Assembly: GCA_964356695.1 (NCBI GenBank)
Contig: CAYHIZ010000001.1
Location: 1-56,609, forward strand
Reading direction: 5' to 3'
DNA from: an uncultured Candidatus Saccharibacteria bacterium
GTDB lineage: Bacteria; Patescibacteriota; Minisyncoccia; Phycocordibacterales; UBA2100
DNA length: 56,609 nucleotides
Shown here in pieces: positions 17,223 to 25,159 of this stretch. How positions within the stretch are numbered: position 1 is the first letter of the stretch; every line of letters starts with the position of its first letter. The notes beneath the pieces are model-generated. The model saw only the letters and a program-made list of their open reading frames with translations, had not been told where the DNA came from and did not search any database. The position numbers and the translations under genes are program-made.

Positions 17223-17278
17223 GGAGTCACGCCCACGATTTCTTTTGCCCTTCGCGGGCGGGAGTGCACGCGAACGGG
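17222..17278 (+). repeat. 57-bp direct repeat B (partner of 15271-15327), immediately after a stop codon
   Basis: GGGAGTCACGCCCACGATTTCTTTTGCCCTTCGCGGGCGGGAGTGCACGCGAACGGG. Positions 26-50 are nearly identical to repeat A. The left hairpin arm is degenerate. Confidence 0.75.
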
Positions 17279-17357
17279 GGGTCTTCTGACTCTGAGAGTC
17301 ATCAGACTCGAATGAGGTGTTCGAAAAAGGTTCGAGCAAAGTGTATGATTACAGTAC

Positions 17358-17783
17358 ATGAGTTTGATGCTAAAAACCGAAAGTGCTGGGGGTATCGTCC
17401 GAAATGCGCGTGGCGAAATCGTGATTGTGCGAAACGGATGCGGTGATCCGTGGTGGGGATTTCCCAAGGGCCACATTGATGCTGGGGAAGATGCTTTAAC
17501 TGCGGCTAGGCGCGAAATCACCGAAGAAACAGGATTGCATGATCTCGTGCTTGTAAAAGAACTTGGTTCGTATGGGCGTTACAAAGGGAAACCGGGGGGA
17601 GGGGACGATACGAGTGAATATAAAACGATCACGATGTTTCTTTTTCTAACTCACGAAGAAAAGCTCGCGCCGACTGATCCGCACAATCCGGAAGCGCGTT
17701 GGATTTCTCCCGATATTTTAGTAGAAACACTTACGCATCCAAAAGACAGGGAATTTTTCATACAGGTACGCTGTTTGATATGA
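17358..17783 (+). CDS. NUDIX hydrolase
   Basis: Nudix box GFPKGHIDAGEDALTAARREITEETGL. Confidence 0.85.
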   Translation: MSLMLKTESAGGIVRNARGEIVIVRNGCGDPWWGFPKGHIDAGEDALTAARREITEETGLHDLVLVKELGSYGRYKGKPGGGDDTSEYKTITMFLFLTHEEKLAPTDPHNPEARWISPDILVETLTHPKDREFFIQVRCLI

Positions 17784-17843
17784 TTTTCACAATACTTGTG
17801 GATTCGTGGTTGCATGGTTTTCAGTACATGCGACAATGTACGT

Positions 17844-18977
17844 ATGAAAATCACTAATAGTAATACAATTGTGCTAGTAGGCTTGTCGTTTTTGACTGCA
17901 TGCGCCTTAGTGTTTGCCGTTCCTGCGTACGCGCAATCACAAACTTACGTATCACCTTCGACCGCCGATCAGCTTCGCGATCAGGCGCAGGCACTGCTCG
18001 CACGCGTACAGCAACTTCAAGGACAACTTGGAGAGGGCGATAGCGCTCCCGTCATAAAAGCCGGCACTGGATCCGACTCAAGCTCGTGCCCTCTTATCGG
18101 CAGAAGTCTCAAAAAAGGATCGTCCGGCGATGACGTAGGACGTCTCCAGCAATTTCTAGCTCGAGACTCCGAGATTTACCGCGAAAGACTTGTGACTGGC
18201 TATTATGGCGGGCTTACCGAAGCGGCGGTAAGGCGATGGCAGGTAAAATACAACATTGTTTCTTCAGGATCACCGGACAGCACTGGTTACGGCGTTGTTG
18301 GACCGCGTACAGCGGCCGCGATCGCGATTTTGTGTACGACGGGAAGTTATGGCGGAGTCCCCGGTCCAAATAGCGCACCCGCTCCGGTTGGCGGATTCAT
18401 CCAGATAACCCCGATTGCAGGGAACGCCCCACTGGATGTCGCAATTCAAGCAACGGTCAATACTGTCAATTCTTGCAGTGGCGCAACATACATACTCGAT
18501 TACGGTGACAGAACCCCGCCCACGTACATCGCGGTACCGGTCGGAGACTGCACACAGCTGGTGCAAGCGTTGGCACATCAATACCAAAACAGTGGCACAT
18601 ACCTTGTAACCCTTTCGGCTGGCAGACACAGGACATCCGCCACCGTCCAAGTGAATGGCGCAGGTCAACCCCCACCCGGCCCCGCCCCATCTCCTAACCC
18701 CACAACCTCTACGACATGGGCAATAGTATCCGTCACTCCGGCGGTAGGAGGCAATCCTTTTGCGGTTTCTTTGCAGATCGCGTATCCGAGATGCGTCACA
18801 CATTCCATTGATTGGGGAGATGGGAACATTCCGGCAAGCGTCTTACCGCAGGGCGACTGCTCGGTCAACGGCTCAAGCACGGCAAATCACATCTATTATG
18901 CCGGTGGGAATTACACGATATCTTTGCGTGACGAGAATGGTGCCGTCAAGGCTACGGCAGGAGTCACGATCATTTAA
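17844..18977 (+). CDS. Secreted protein with peptidoglycan-binding (PG_binding_1-like) domain and PKD-like C-terminal repeats
   Basis: Signal peptide (IVLVGLSFLTACALVFAVPAYAQ). LKKGSSGDDVGRLQQFLA...GYYGGLTEAAVRRWQ. Two beta-rich modules carry LDYGDRTPP and IDWGDGN. Start at the ATG at 17844; the ORF track starts at 17796. Confidence 0.6.
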   Translation: MKITNSNTIVLVGLSFLTACALVFAVPAYAQSQTYVSPSTADQLRDQAQALLARVQQLQGQLGEGDSAPVIKAGTGSDSSSCPLIGRSLKKGSSGDDVGRLQQFLARDSEIYRERLVTGYYGGLTEAAVRRWQVKYNIVSSGSPDSTGYGVVGPRTAAAIAILCTTGSYGGVPGPNSAPAPVGGFIQITPIAGNAPLDVAIQATVNTVNSCSGATYILDYGDRTPPTYIAVPVGDCTQLVQALAHQYQNSGTYLVTLSAGRHRTSATVQVNGAGQPPPGPAPSPNPTTSTTWAIVSVTPAVGGNPFAVSLQIAYPRCVTHSIDWGDGNIPASVLPQGDCSVNGSSTANHIYYAGGNYTISLRDENGAVKATAGVTII

Positions 18978-19001
18978 TCAATCGTAGAGCATGCGACACT
19001 C

Positions 19002-20441
19002 ATGAGTACCGCGTCTAGACTCCACTTATTTCCTTTGGTCATTATTTTCCTGTTTCCGATTATTGCTTCCGGGTTAACGGCCGAAGACATTAAGACTCAA
19101 ATACAGAATCTCCTATACCAGATTGAGGTTTTAAAAACAGGGACAGAAGATGACGTCGTTAACAGCACCGCCACGTCAACGCCACTATTGCCATACAAAT
19201 TACCCTGCCTTTCGTTAACACGCACTCTCTCCCTTGGTTCACGTGGTGAAGACGTGCAAAAGCTTCAAGAATTTCTGATTGTAGCCAAGCTACTCCCGAA
19301 CGGCGATGCCACAAGATACTTTGGTCCACTCTCTGAAGCGGCCGTGCGGCAGTTTCAGATCATTCATAATTTAGTTTCTTCCGGTTCTGCCAAAACTACC
19401 GGCTTTGGCGTAGTCGGACCAAAAACGCGCACGGCCATTCTTAAAAATTGCACTCTACACGCTGGGAAGCAAACACTCGACGCTTGCCCGAAGCCACCTC
19501 CGGCTCCGCTACCCGGCGAATGTGCGGGATCATGGAAAAAAGGACGCGACGCTAGTGGTTGTTTTACCGGATATCAATGTATTGATTCTGTGTTCTCGAA
19601 CAAAATCGCTAACAACACAAATCCGAGAGTCGCAGGAATTACGATAACAGAACCCGCTCTCGGTGGAATTTTTACAGTGGGCAACACGCTAAACATAAAG
19701 TGGAGAGGCGAATCTTCTACCCGCGCCTCTGTCTCATTATCACTTATCGATATTAACGGGCAAAAAATCGGGACAATTGCAAATAACCTCTCTTCTTCCG
19801 GCAAGTATGCGTGGATCGTGCCGAGTGGTGGAGGTGGCTGTTCTGGAAGAACGAGCTCGTTCGACTGCATAGCCAAATTCACATGCGAGGGAAGTTCGAG
19901 CCTTTGCTCTCTTTCTCCCGGGACGTATTCAATACTGGCTACACTTTCGAATGTTGGAAGCACTACGAGTGCGCCATTTCAGATCGCAGGCACCGCGATC
20001 ACGGATTTAGTGCGCACACTTGCTGGTGCGCCGATCGTGCCCATTCTGGATCAAGAGACCTCGGCAACAGGGACGAGACAACAGGCAGGGATGTGCACAC
20101 ATGAAGGAATTTCGTATCCGCTCGGCACGACGCTATCTGTCCCATGTATTGCCGGTAACTGCTTGGCCAGCGGAACGGGCTTCATTAATGGCGCATGCAG
20201 TGCCGGGCAAAAATGGTGCATACCGTACACATCGCACTGCTCTACGGTTTTGACCATGATCGATGTAAGTGCCTACGAAGGGGGAGGAGCCGCTCCAATT
20301 AGAAGCGGTGACACATCAAACTGTCCAAGAGAGGGTTGGCGCACATATTTTTCATGCCCCAGAAACAGCTGTACAAACGGTTATCATATTTGCCGAGGCG
20401 GAATATGGGTATTGGATCCGAACCAGAGGATCACTCTGTGA
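19002..20441 (+). CDS. Secreted Cys-rich protein with peptidoglycan-binding domain (N-terminal paralog of the preceding gene)
   Basis: Signal/anchor (LHLFPLVIIFLFPIIASG). LSLGSRGEDVQKLQEFL...YFGPLSEAAVRQFQ...TTGFGVVGPKTRTAI parallels STGYGVVGPRTAAAI in the upstream gene. The C-terminal half is Cys-rich. Confidence 0.6.
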   Translation: MSTASRLHLFPLVIIFLFPIIASGLTAEDIKTQIQNLLYQIEVLKTGTEDDVVNSTATSTPLLPYKLPCLSLTRTLSLGSRGEDVQKLQEFLIVAKLLPNGDATRYFGPLSEAAVRQFQIIHNLVSSGSAKTTGFGVVGPKTRTAILKNCTLHAGKQTLDACPKPPPAPLPGECAGSWKKGRDASGCFTGYQCIDSVFSNKIANNTNPRVAGITITEPALGGIFTVGNTLNIKWRGESSTRASVSLSLIDINGQKIGTIANNLSSSGKYAWIVPSGGGGCSGRTSSFDCIAKFTCEGSSSLCSLSPGTYSILATLSNVGSTTSAPFQIAGTAITDLVRTLAGAPIVPILDQETSATGTRQQAGMCTHEGISYPLGTTLSVPCIAGNCLASGTGFINGACSAGQKWCIPYTSHCSTVLTMIDVSAYEGGGAAPIRSGDTSNCPREGWRTYFSCPRNSCTNGYHICRGGIWVLDPNQRITL

Positions 20442-20448
20442 GTTTAGA

Positions 20449-22602
20449 CTATTCTCCATGTAATTCTTGTTTCGCATTCGCGGCACGGCTCGCAAGAATG
20501 GGGTATTTGAAGAGCTCTCGATCTTCGGCAATAAGCTTTTGCGCCTCGTCACGCGCCACATTGATTAGTTTGGGATTTTTCAACGCTTCCATCCCGATGT
20601 CGGAGATACCCCACTGACTATGCCCGAAAAGATCGCCGGACCCGCGTGCTTCGAGATCGGCCTCTGCCAGACTAAAGCCGTCCGAACTACTCTCTAGGGC
20701 ACGCAAGCGTCTCATCGCCACGTCCCCCTTGGTTTCGGGCAGTAGAAAACAATGTGGCGGATTCGCCGAGCGCATTATGCGTCCGCGCAACTGATGGATC
20801 TGAGAGAGTCCGAAACGTTCGGCGCCCTCAATCATCATCATCGTTGCGTTTGGCACGTTTATCCCAACCTCGACGACCGAAGTCGCAACGAGGATATCAA
20901 TTTCGTGAGCGGCAAATTTCCGCATCACTTCATCTTTTTCACCTGGGCTTACACTGCCATACAATAGACCGACGCGAAATTCGGGAAATACATCTTTTTG
21001 CAATCGCTTCGCCTCCACTTTTGCGCTCTTCGCCTGCAGAGCATTTACCTTTTTTGGGTCCGGCTCTTCAATACGCGGGCAAATTACAAATGCCTGCCGC
21101 CCTGCAATCAATTGTTCGCGGATTTTTTCATAGGCTGTCGCACGCTCATCGGGCTTTATGATTGTCGTAGTTATTTTCGCACGGCCGGGTGGCAATTCAT
21201 CTAAAACAGAAATATCCAAATCGCCGTACATTGTAAGAGCAAGCGTTCTTGGAATCGGAGTAGCTGTCATTGAAAGAAAATGCGGGACAATACCCTCCTT
21301 ACGCGCGAGCGCGCGACGCTGTCGCGTGCCGAATCTATGCTGTTCATCGACAATCGCGAATGCCAGATGCCGAAACTTTACCGATTTTTGAATGAGCGCA
21401 TGTGTTCCTACAAGCATTGCGATCTCGCCACTTTCGACCCATTTCAAGAGTTGTGAACGTGAAATATCGGTCGCCTCGCCCTCATTGACCTTGGAAGGAA
21501 ATTTCTTACAGCCACTGCCGGTAATCAGTGCAATTGAGATTGGCAAATGGTGAAAGTATTTTATGAACGATTGAAAATGTTGTCCCGCCAGAATCTCCGT
21601 CGGTGCCATGTAGGCTACCTGTAACGATCCAGACGCGCGGTTCTGAGGTCTCGCATGAACCACTGCGTATGCGGCGGCGGCGGCAACGAGCGTCTTACCG
21701 CTCCCCACGTCGCCCTCCAAAAGTCGCGCCATAGGATGATTGTTTTCGAAGTCGGCAAGAATTTCATCTATAGCGCGTCCCTGGGCATTGGTAGGCAAAA
21801 CGTCCACCGAGTCGAGAAATTTTTTCGCAAGCTCGCTACCATTATGGATAGGGAACGAAGATTGAGCGTCATTATCCGCCCGTTCACGCGCACGCGCGAC
21901 TTGTATAACCAGCATTTCCTCGAAAGCAAAACGCTTACGCGCCGCCTCTGCATGATCCAATTCGTCTGGCTTGTGAATGTATAAAAGTGCGTTTTTTATC
22001 TCCGGCAGATTGTAACGACGCACAATATCGGGTGGGATAGGATCGTCCAGTATGTCCAAAGCGTTCGCGGTGTACAGTTTTTCGAAAGCGTGGCGGAACC
22101 ATAATGACGTTACGCCGCGCGACTCCGGATACACGGCAAATAATGATGCGGACGCGAGGTGCACATCATTTTTCACGAATAATCCAACATCTGTCGGATC
22201 GGCGAGTTCGACGTGCGGATTTGCAAGATATGGTTTTCCCGTTTTTCCAGATACGATGCCCATTGCCTTCACGAACATTCCCTCGGAAAATTTCTTTACA
22301 AGATACGGTTGATGAAACCATGTTACTTTTATCGAACCGGACGCATCAGTTATGATCGCTTCGCCCACGGGGATTTTGCGCTTCCACGATTTTCTGGTCT
22401 CAAGCTTGCTGATTGTGCCAAAAATGGTTACCGACTCTCCCGCTACAAGTCCCGTTATCGCCGATTCACTACCACTCCTATCATAACGAATGGGAAAATG
22501 ATAAAGGAGATCGTGCACCGTAAAAATACCAAGCTTTTTAAGACCGTTTAGTTGCGGGATTGCGAGCCGGAAATGTTTGGTAATTTCGTCTTCGGACTTC
22601 AT
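20449..22602 (-). CDS. recG: ATP-dependent DNA helicase RecG
   Basis: N-terminal wedge/OB region, helicase motifs GDVGSGKT and DEQHRFG, later QLRGRIMRS, and a C-terminal TRG-like region. Confidence 0.9.
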   Translation of the reverse strand: MKSEDEITKHFRLAIPQLNGLKKLGIFTVHDLLYHFPIRYDRSGSESAITGLVAGESVTIFGTISKLETRKSWKRKIPVGEAIITDASGSIKVTWFHQPYLVKKFSEGMFVKAMGIVSGKTGKPYLANPHVELADPTDVGLFVKNDVHLASASLFAVYPESRGVTSLWFRHAFEKLYTANALDILDDPIPPDIVRRYNLPEIKNALLYIHKPDELDHAEAARKRFAFEEMLVIQVARARERADNDAQSSFPIHNGSELAKKFLDSVDVLPTNAQGRAIDEILADFENNHPMARLLEGDVGSGKTLVAAAAAYAVVHARPQNRASGSLQVAYMAPTEILAGQHFQSFIKYFHHLPISIALITGSGCKKFPSKVNEGEATDISRSQLLKWVESGEIAMLVGTHALIQKSVKFRHLAFAIVDEQHRFGTRQRRALARKEGIVPHFLSMTATPIPRTLALTMYGDLDISVLDELPPGRAKITTTIIKPDERATAYEKIREQLIAGRQAFVICPRIEEPDPKKVNALQAKSAKVEAKRLQKDVFPEFRVGLLYGSVSPGEKDEVMRKFAAHEIDILVATSVVEVGINVPNATMMMIEGAERFGLSQIHQLRGRIMRSANPPHCFLLPETKGDVAMRRLRALESSSDGFSLAEADLEARGSGDLFGHSQWGISDIGMEALKNPKLINVARDEAQKLIAEDRELFKYPILASRAANAKQELHGE

Positions 22603-22881
22603 ACATGGTTTTATTTCATCGAAAAGTTATTCACACTCGCGCTTCTTTTCGCTTGCACGCCAGTATGGCATTAGTAATATATTTGTGTTTACTCAATATA
22701 AGAAATATAACATTCACATACATATGTTCTATGGTGAAGAAAAGTCTGCGGGTGGCACTGATGGTGATCTGTTAGGAGCAGAAGCCGGCGACGTACTGGA
22801 ACAGGAAGACGAAGACGAGGCGGTTGGCGATGGTATAGAAAAAGAAGAAGAACCGTGGGAATAAAAAATGGAGCGATAATC

Positions 22882-23217
22882 ATGCATACAGTTATTAGAT
22901 ACTTAGGAACCGTTGTGGCGGTATATCTCACCGTGAGCTTAGTTCCCGGTATTACGGCCACAGGGGGATGGGTAACGCTTCTTCTCGTTGCCCTCGTTTG
23001 GTCCGTGATCGCGATGGTCATCAAACCTATCTTGAGCATTCTCACGCTTCCAATTACCATCCTGACTCTTGGACTCTTTTCATTCATTCTGAATGCATTT
23101 CTTTTCTATGCGATGACGTGGATTGTTCCCGGTTTTATCGTAACAGGATTCATACCAGCATTTTTGGGCTCTTTCGTTTTATCTGTCTTTTCGTGGTTCA
23201 TACATAGAATCCTGTAA
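22882..23217 (+). CDS. Small membrane protein, phage holin 4_2 (DUF360/YvlD-like) family
   Basis: About 110 aa with 3-4 TM helices. VIRYLGTVVAVYLTVSLVPGI...LVWSVIAMVIKPILSILTLPITILTLGLFSFILNAFLFY is typical of this family. Start at the ATG at 22882. Confidence 0.55.
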   Translation: MHTVIRYLGTVVAVYLTVSLVPGITATGGWVTLLLVALVWSVIAMVIKPILSILTLPITILTLGLFSFILNAFLFYAMTWIVPGFIVTGFIPAFLGSFVLSVFSWFIHRIL

Positions 23218-23309
23218 TCGAATCTTCGCTTGACTTGCGTGCGTATATGATTACTATGTGCACATAAGCCCCGCAAGGGGTTTTTGATTAGGAAGTAAAA
23301 TCAATATTT

Positions 23310-23579
23310 ATGAGCCTCATCCAATATTTGAAAGATACGCGAGGGGAACTGCGGCACGTTGCATGGCCAACGCATCTGCAAACAATCGTTTACACGATAC
23401 TTGTAATAGCACTATCTCTATTTGTCGCCGCATACCTTGGATTCTTTGATTATATTTTCACAAATGGTCTTAAGCAGGCTCTCCAGTTTTTACCGCAAAA
23501 GCCTTCCGCAAGCATAATTGAACCGATCTCGACATCAACGGACAAAATTATAATAAATACGGTAACCGATACGGAGTAA
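23310..23579 (+). CDS. secE: Preprotein translocase subunit SecE
   Basis: YLKDTRGELRHVAWPT followed by a single TM helix. It lies directly upstream of nusG. Confidence 0.75.
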   Translation: MSLIQYLKDTRGELRHVAWPTHLQTIVYTILVIALSLFVAAYLGFFDYIFTNGLKQALQFLPQKPSASIIEPISTSTDKIIINTVTDTE

Positions 23580-23586
23580 TCTCAAT

Positions 23587-24129
23587 ATGAAACAAACACA
23601 CGGACAAGCTAGACAATGGTACGCGATTCACACGTACTCCGGATATGAAGATGCGGTTGCGCGCAATTTGAAACAGCGCATCGAATCCTTTGGAATGAAA
23701 GATAAAATCTTCAACGTAGTTGTACCGACGGAAAAGAAAATAAAGATAAAAGGCGGTCGTAAGACGGAAATGAAAGAAAAGATTTTCCCCGGTTACGTAC
23801 TTGTAGATATGGTGGCGGACGACGATGCATGGGGTGTCGTTAGAAACACCCCACAGGTAACGGGATTTGTGGGAACGGCGAATCAGGCCGTGCCTATAGC
23901 TTCAGAAGAAGTGGAAAAGATACTAAAGAGAGTCTCGGGCGATCAGGTACGTCACGCCATCGATCTTGCAGTAGGCGACGCAGTTACCATTATCGACGGA
24001 CCTTTCAAAGATCTCGAAGGCAAAGTGGGGGAAGTAGACGAAGACCGTGGCAAGGTGAAAGTTCTCGTTCCAATGTTCGGTCGCGAGACCCCCGTCGAAC
24101 TCGAAGCCGATCAGGTGCAAAGGGTTTGA
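23587..24129 (+). CDS. nusG: Transcription termination/antitermination factor NusG
   Basis: WYAIHTYSGYEDAV (NGN domain), PGYVLV, and a C-terminal KOW (GDAVTIIDGPFKDLEGKVGEVD). Confidence 0.9.
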   Translation: MKQTHGQARQWYAIHTYSGYEDAVARNLKQRIESFGMKDKIFNVVVPTEKKIKIKGGRKTEMKEKIFPGYVLVDMVADDDAWGVVRNTPQVTGFVGTANQAVPIASEEVEKILKRVSGDQVRHAIDLAVGDAVTIIDGPFKDLEGKVGEVDEDRGKVKVLVPMFGRETPVELEADQVQRV

Positions 24130-24161
24130 GATATTTAATCTTTCCTATATAGTATCGCGAC

Positions 24162-24581
24162 ATGGCAAAAGAAATCACCAAAATCATCAAACTGCAGATT
24201 GAGGCGGGGAAGGCTACGCCAGCACCGCCCGTTGGAACAGCGCTAGGGCCTGCGGGCGTAAACATCGGAGAGTTCGTTAAGCAATTTAACGATCAGACAA
24301 AGACGATGATCGGCAACATCGTTCCCGTGCTTATGACGGTTTACAAAGACCGCACTTTTACTTTTATCGTCAAGAAACCGCCCGCCTCTCGCCTAATCCT
24401 GAAGAAGCTTAATATGGCTAAAGGGTCTGACAAACCGCAAAATAAAGTCGGCAAGCTCTCGAGCGCACAACTTACAGAAATTGCCGAAGAGAAAATGGAG
24501 GATATGAACGCCGGGAGCCTTGCCCAAGCAAGGAAACTAATTGCGGGAACGGCGAGATCAATGGGGATTGATGCGGAGTGA
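24162..24581 (+). CDS. rplK: 50S ribosomal protein L11
   Basis: [35 protein letters not shown]. Confidence 0.95.
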   Translation: MAKEITKIIKLQIEAGKATPAPPVGTALGPAGVNIGEFVKQFNDQTKTMIGNIVPVLMTVYKDRTFTFIVKKPPASRLILKKLNMAKGSDKPQNKVGKLSSAQLTEIAEEKMEDMNAGSLAQARKLIAGTARSMGIDAE

Positions 24582-24664
24582 TAAAGCCGATTCGCGCCAC
24601 ATACGCCCTGCCTGAAAACGATGCGCTGATATTTATACTATTTTTAATTAATCTACCCCCATTT

Positions 24665-24778
24665 GTCTTTGCGAGCGAAGCCATGCCTGCCCTGCATGCG
24701 CAGGCATGGCAGGCAGGGAAGCAATCCAGAATATGCGCACGGACTCTGGATTGCTTCGGCCAAATGCCTCGCAAAGAC
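24665..24778. repeat. Palindromic repeat family, copy 2 (core only) carrying a nested imperfect palindrome
   Basis: GTCTTTGCGAGC-GAAGC-[CCATGCCTGCCCTGCATGCGCAGGCATGGCAGGCAGGG]-AAGCAATCCAGA..TCTGGATTGCTTC..CTCGCAAAGAC. The nested block (24681-24718) shares its right arm exactly with 50405-50423. Confidence 0.7.
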
Positions 24779-24814
24779 GGATGTCTATTATTGAATGGTT
24801 AATTGGTGATGGTA

Positions 24815-25105
24815 TTAGTTATGTTTTTCATCAGTTGCATTTAAAAGGATGTTCGCAATCTCGCGTCTCCATGAAACACTCTTGGGCGTATTTTCCAACT
24901 TTTCCGAGAGATTTACAATCGTATCCCATAAATCGCTTATTATCCCCTCGGGGGTTTTTCTCGGCATATACTCCTTCAATGCTTGCAAAAGTGTTGGTTG
25001 CGAGGAGGAATCACCTGACAATAATGCATTTATTATAGGCTCTATCGATTTTTCGTCACCAATACTTTCACATCCATTTTTATTAGATCTAATTGCTTCA
25101 TTCAT
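24815..25105 (-). CDS. Hypothetical small protein (96 aa)
   Basis: An intergenic-sized ORF in an AT-rich stretch between rplK and argS. No recognisable motif. Confidence 0.3.
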   Translation of the reverse strand: MNEAIRSNKNGCESIGDEKSIEPIINALLSGDSSSQPTLLQALKEYMPRKTPEGIISDLWDTIVNLSEKLENTPKSVSWRREIANILLNATDEKHN

Positions 25106-25159
25106 AGCATTTCTTTAGTATTTAAGATTATACTGAGCATTGTAACATTTAATATACAT

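Noticed and set aside
17279-17357. Small palindrome GACTC-TGA-GAGTC and flanking imperfect repeat right after direct repeat B. Considered as an att site or terminator.
   Set aside because: The stem is only 5 bp and there is no T-run. It has no counterpart at the tRNA-proximal end of the island.
22577-22864. ORF ending in a highly acidic peptide (MFYGEEKSAGGTDGDLLGAEAGDVLEQEDEDEAVGDGIEKEEEPWE), just upstream of the holin-like gene.
   Set aside because: It could be a real small acidic protein. However, it has low complexity, no RBS that I can point to, and lies in the recG/holin divergent promoter region. The support is insufficient to call it.
23268-23286. Short hairpin GCCCC-GCAA-GGGGT followed by TTTTT, between the holin-like gene and secE. 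Considered as an intrinsic terminator.
   Set aside because: The stem is only 4-5 bp. It sits downstream of a TTGACT...TACTAT promoter-like pair, which makes either call ambiguous, so I did not list it as a feature.
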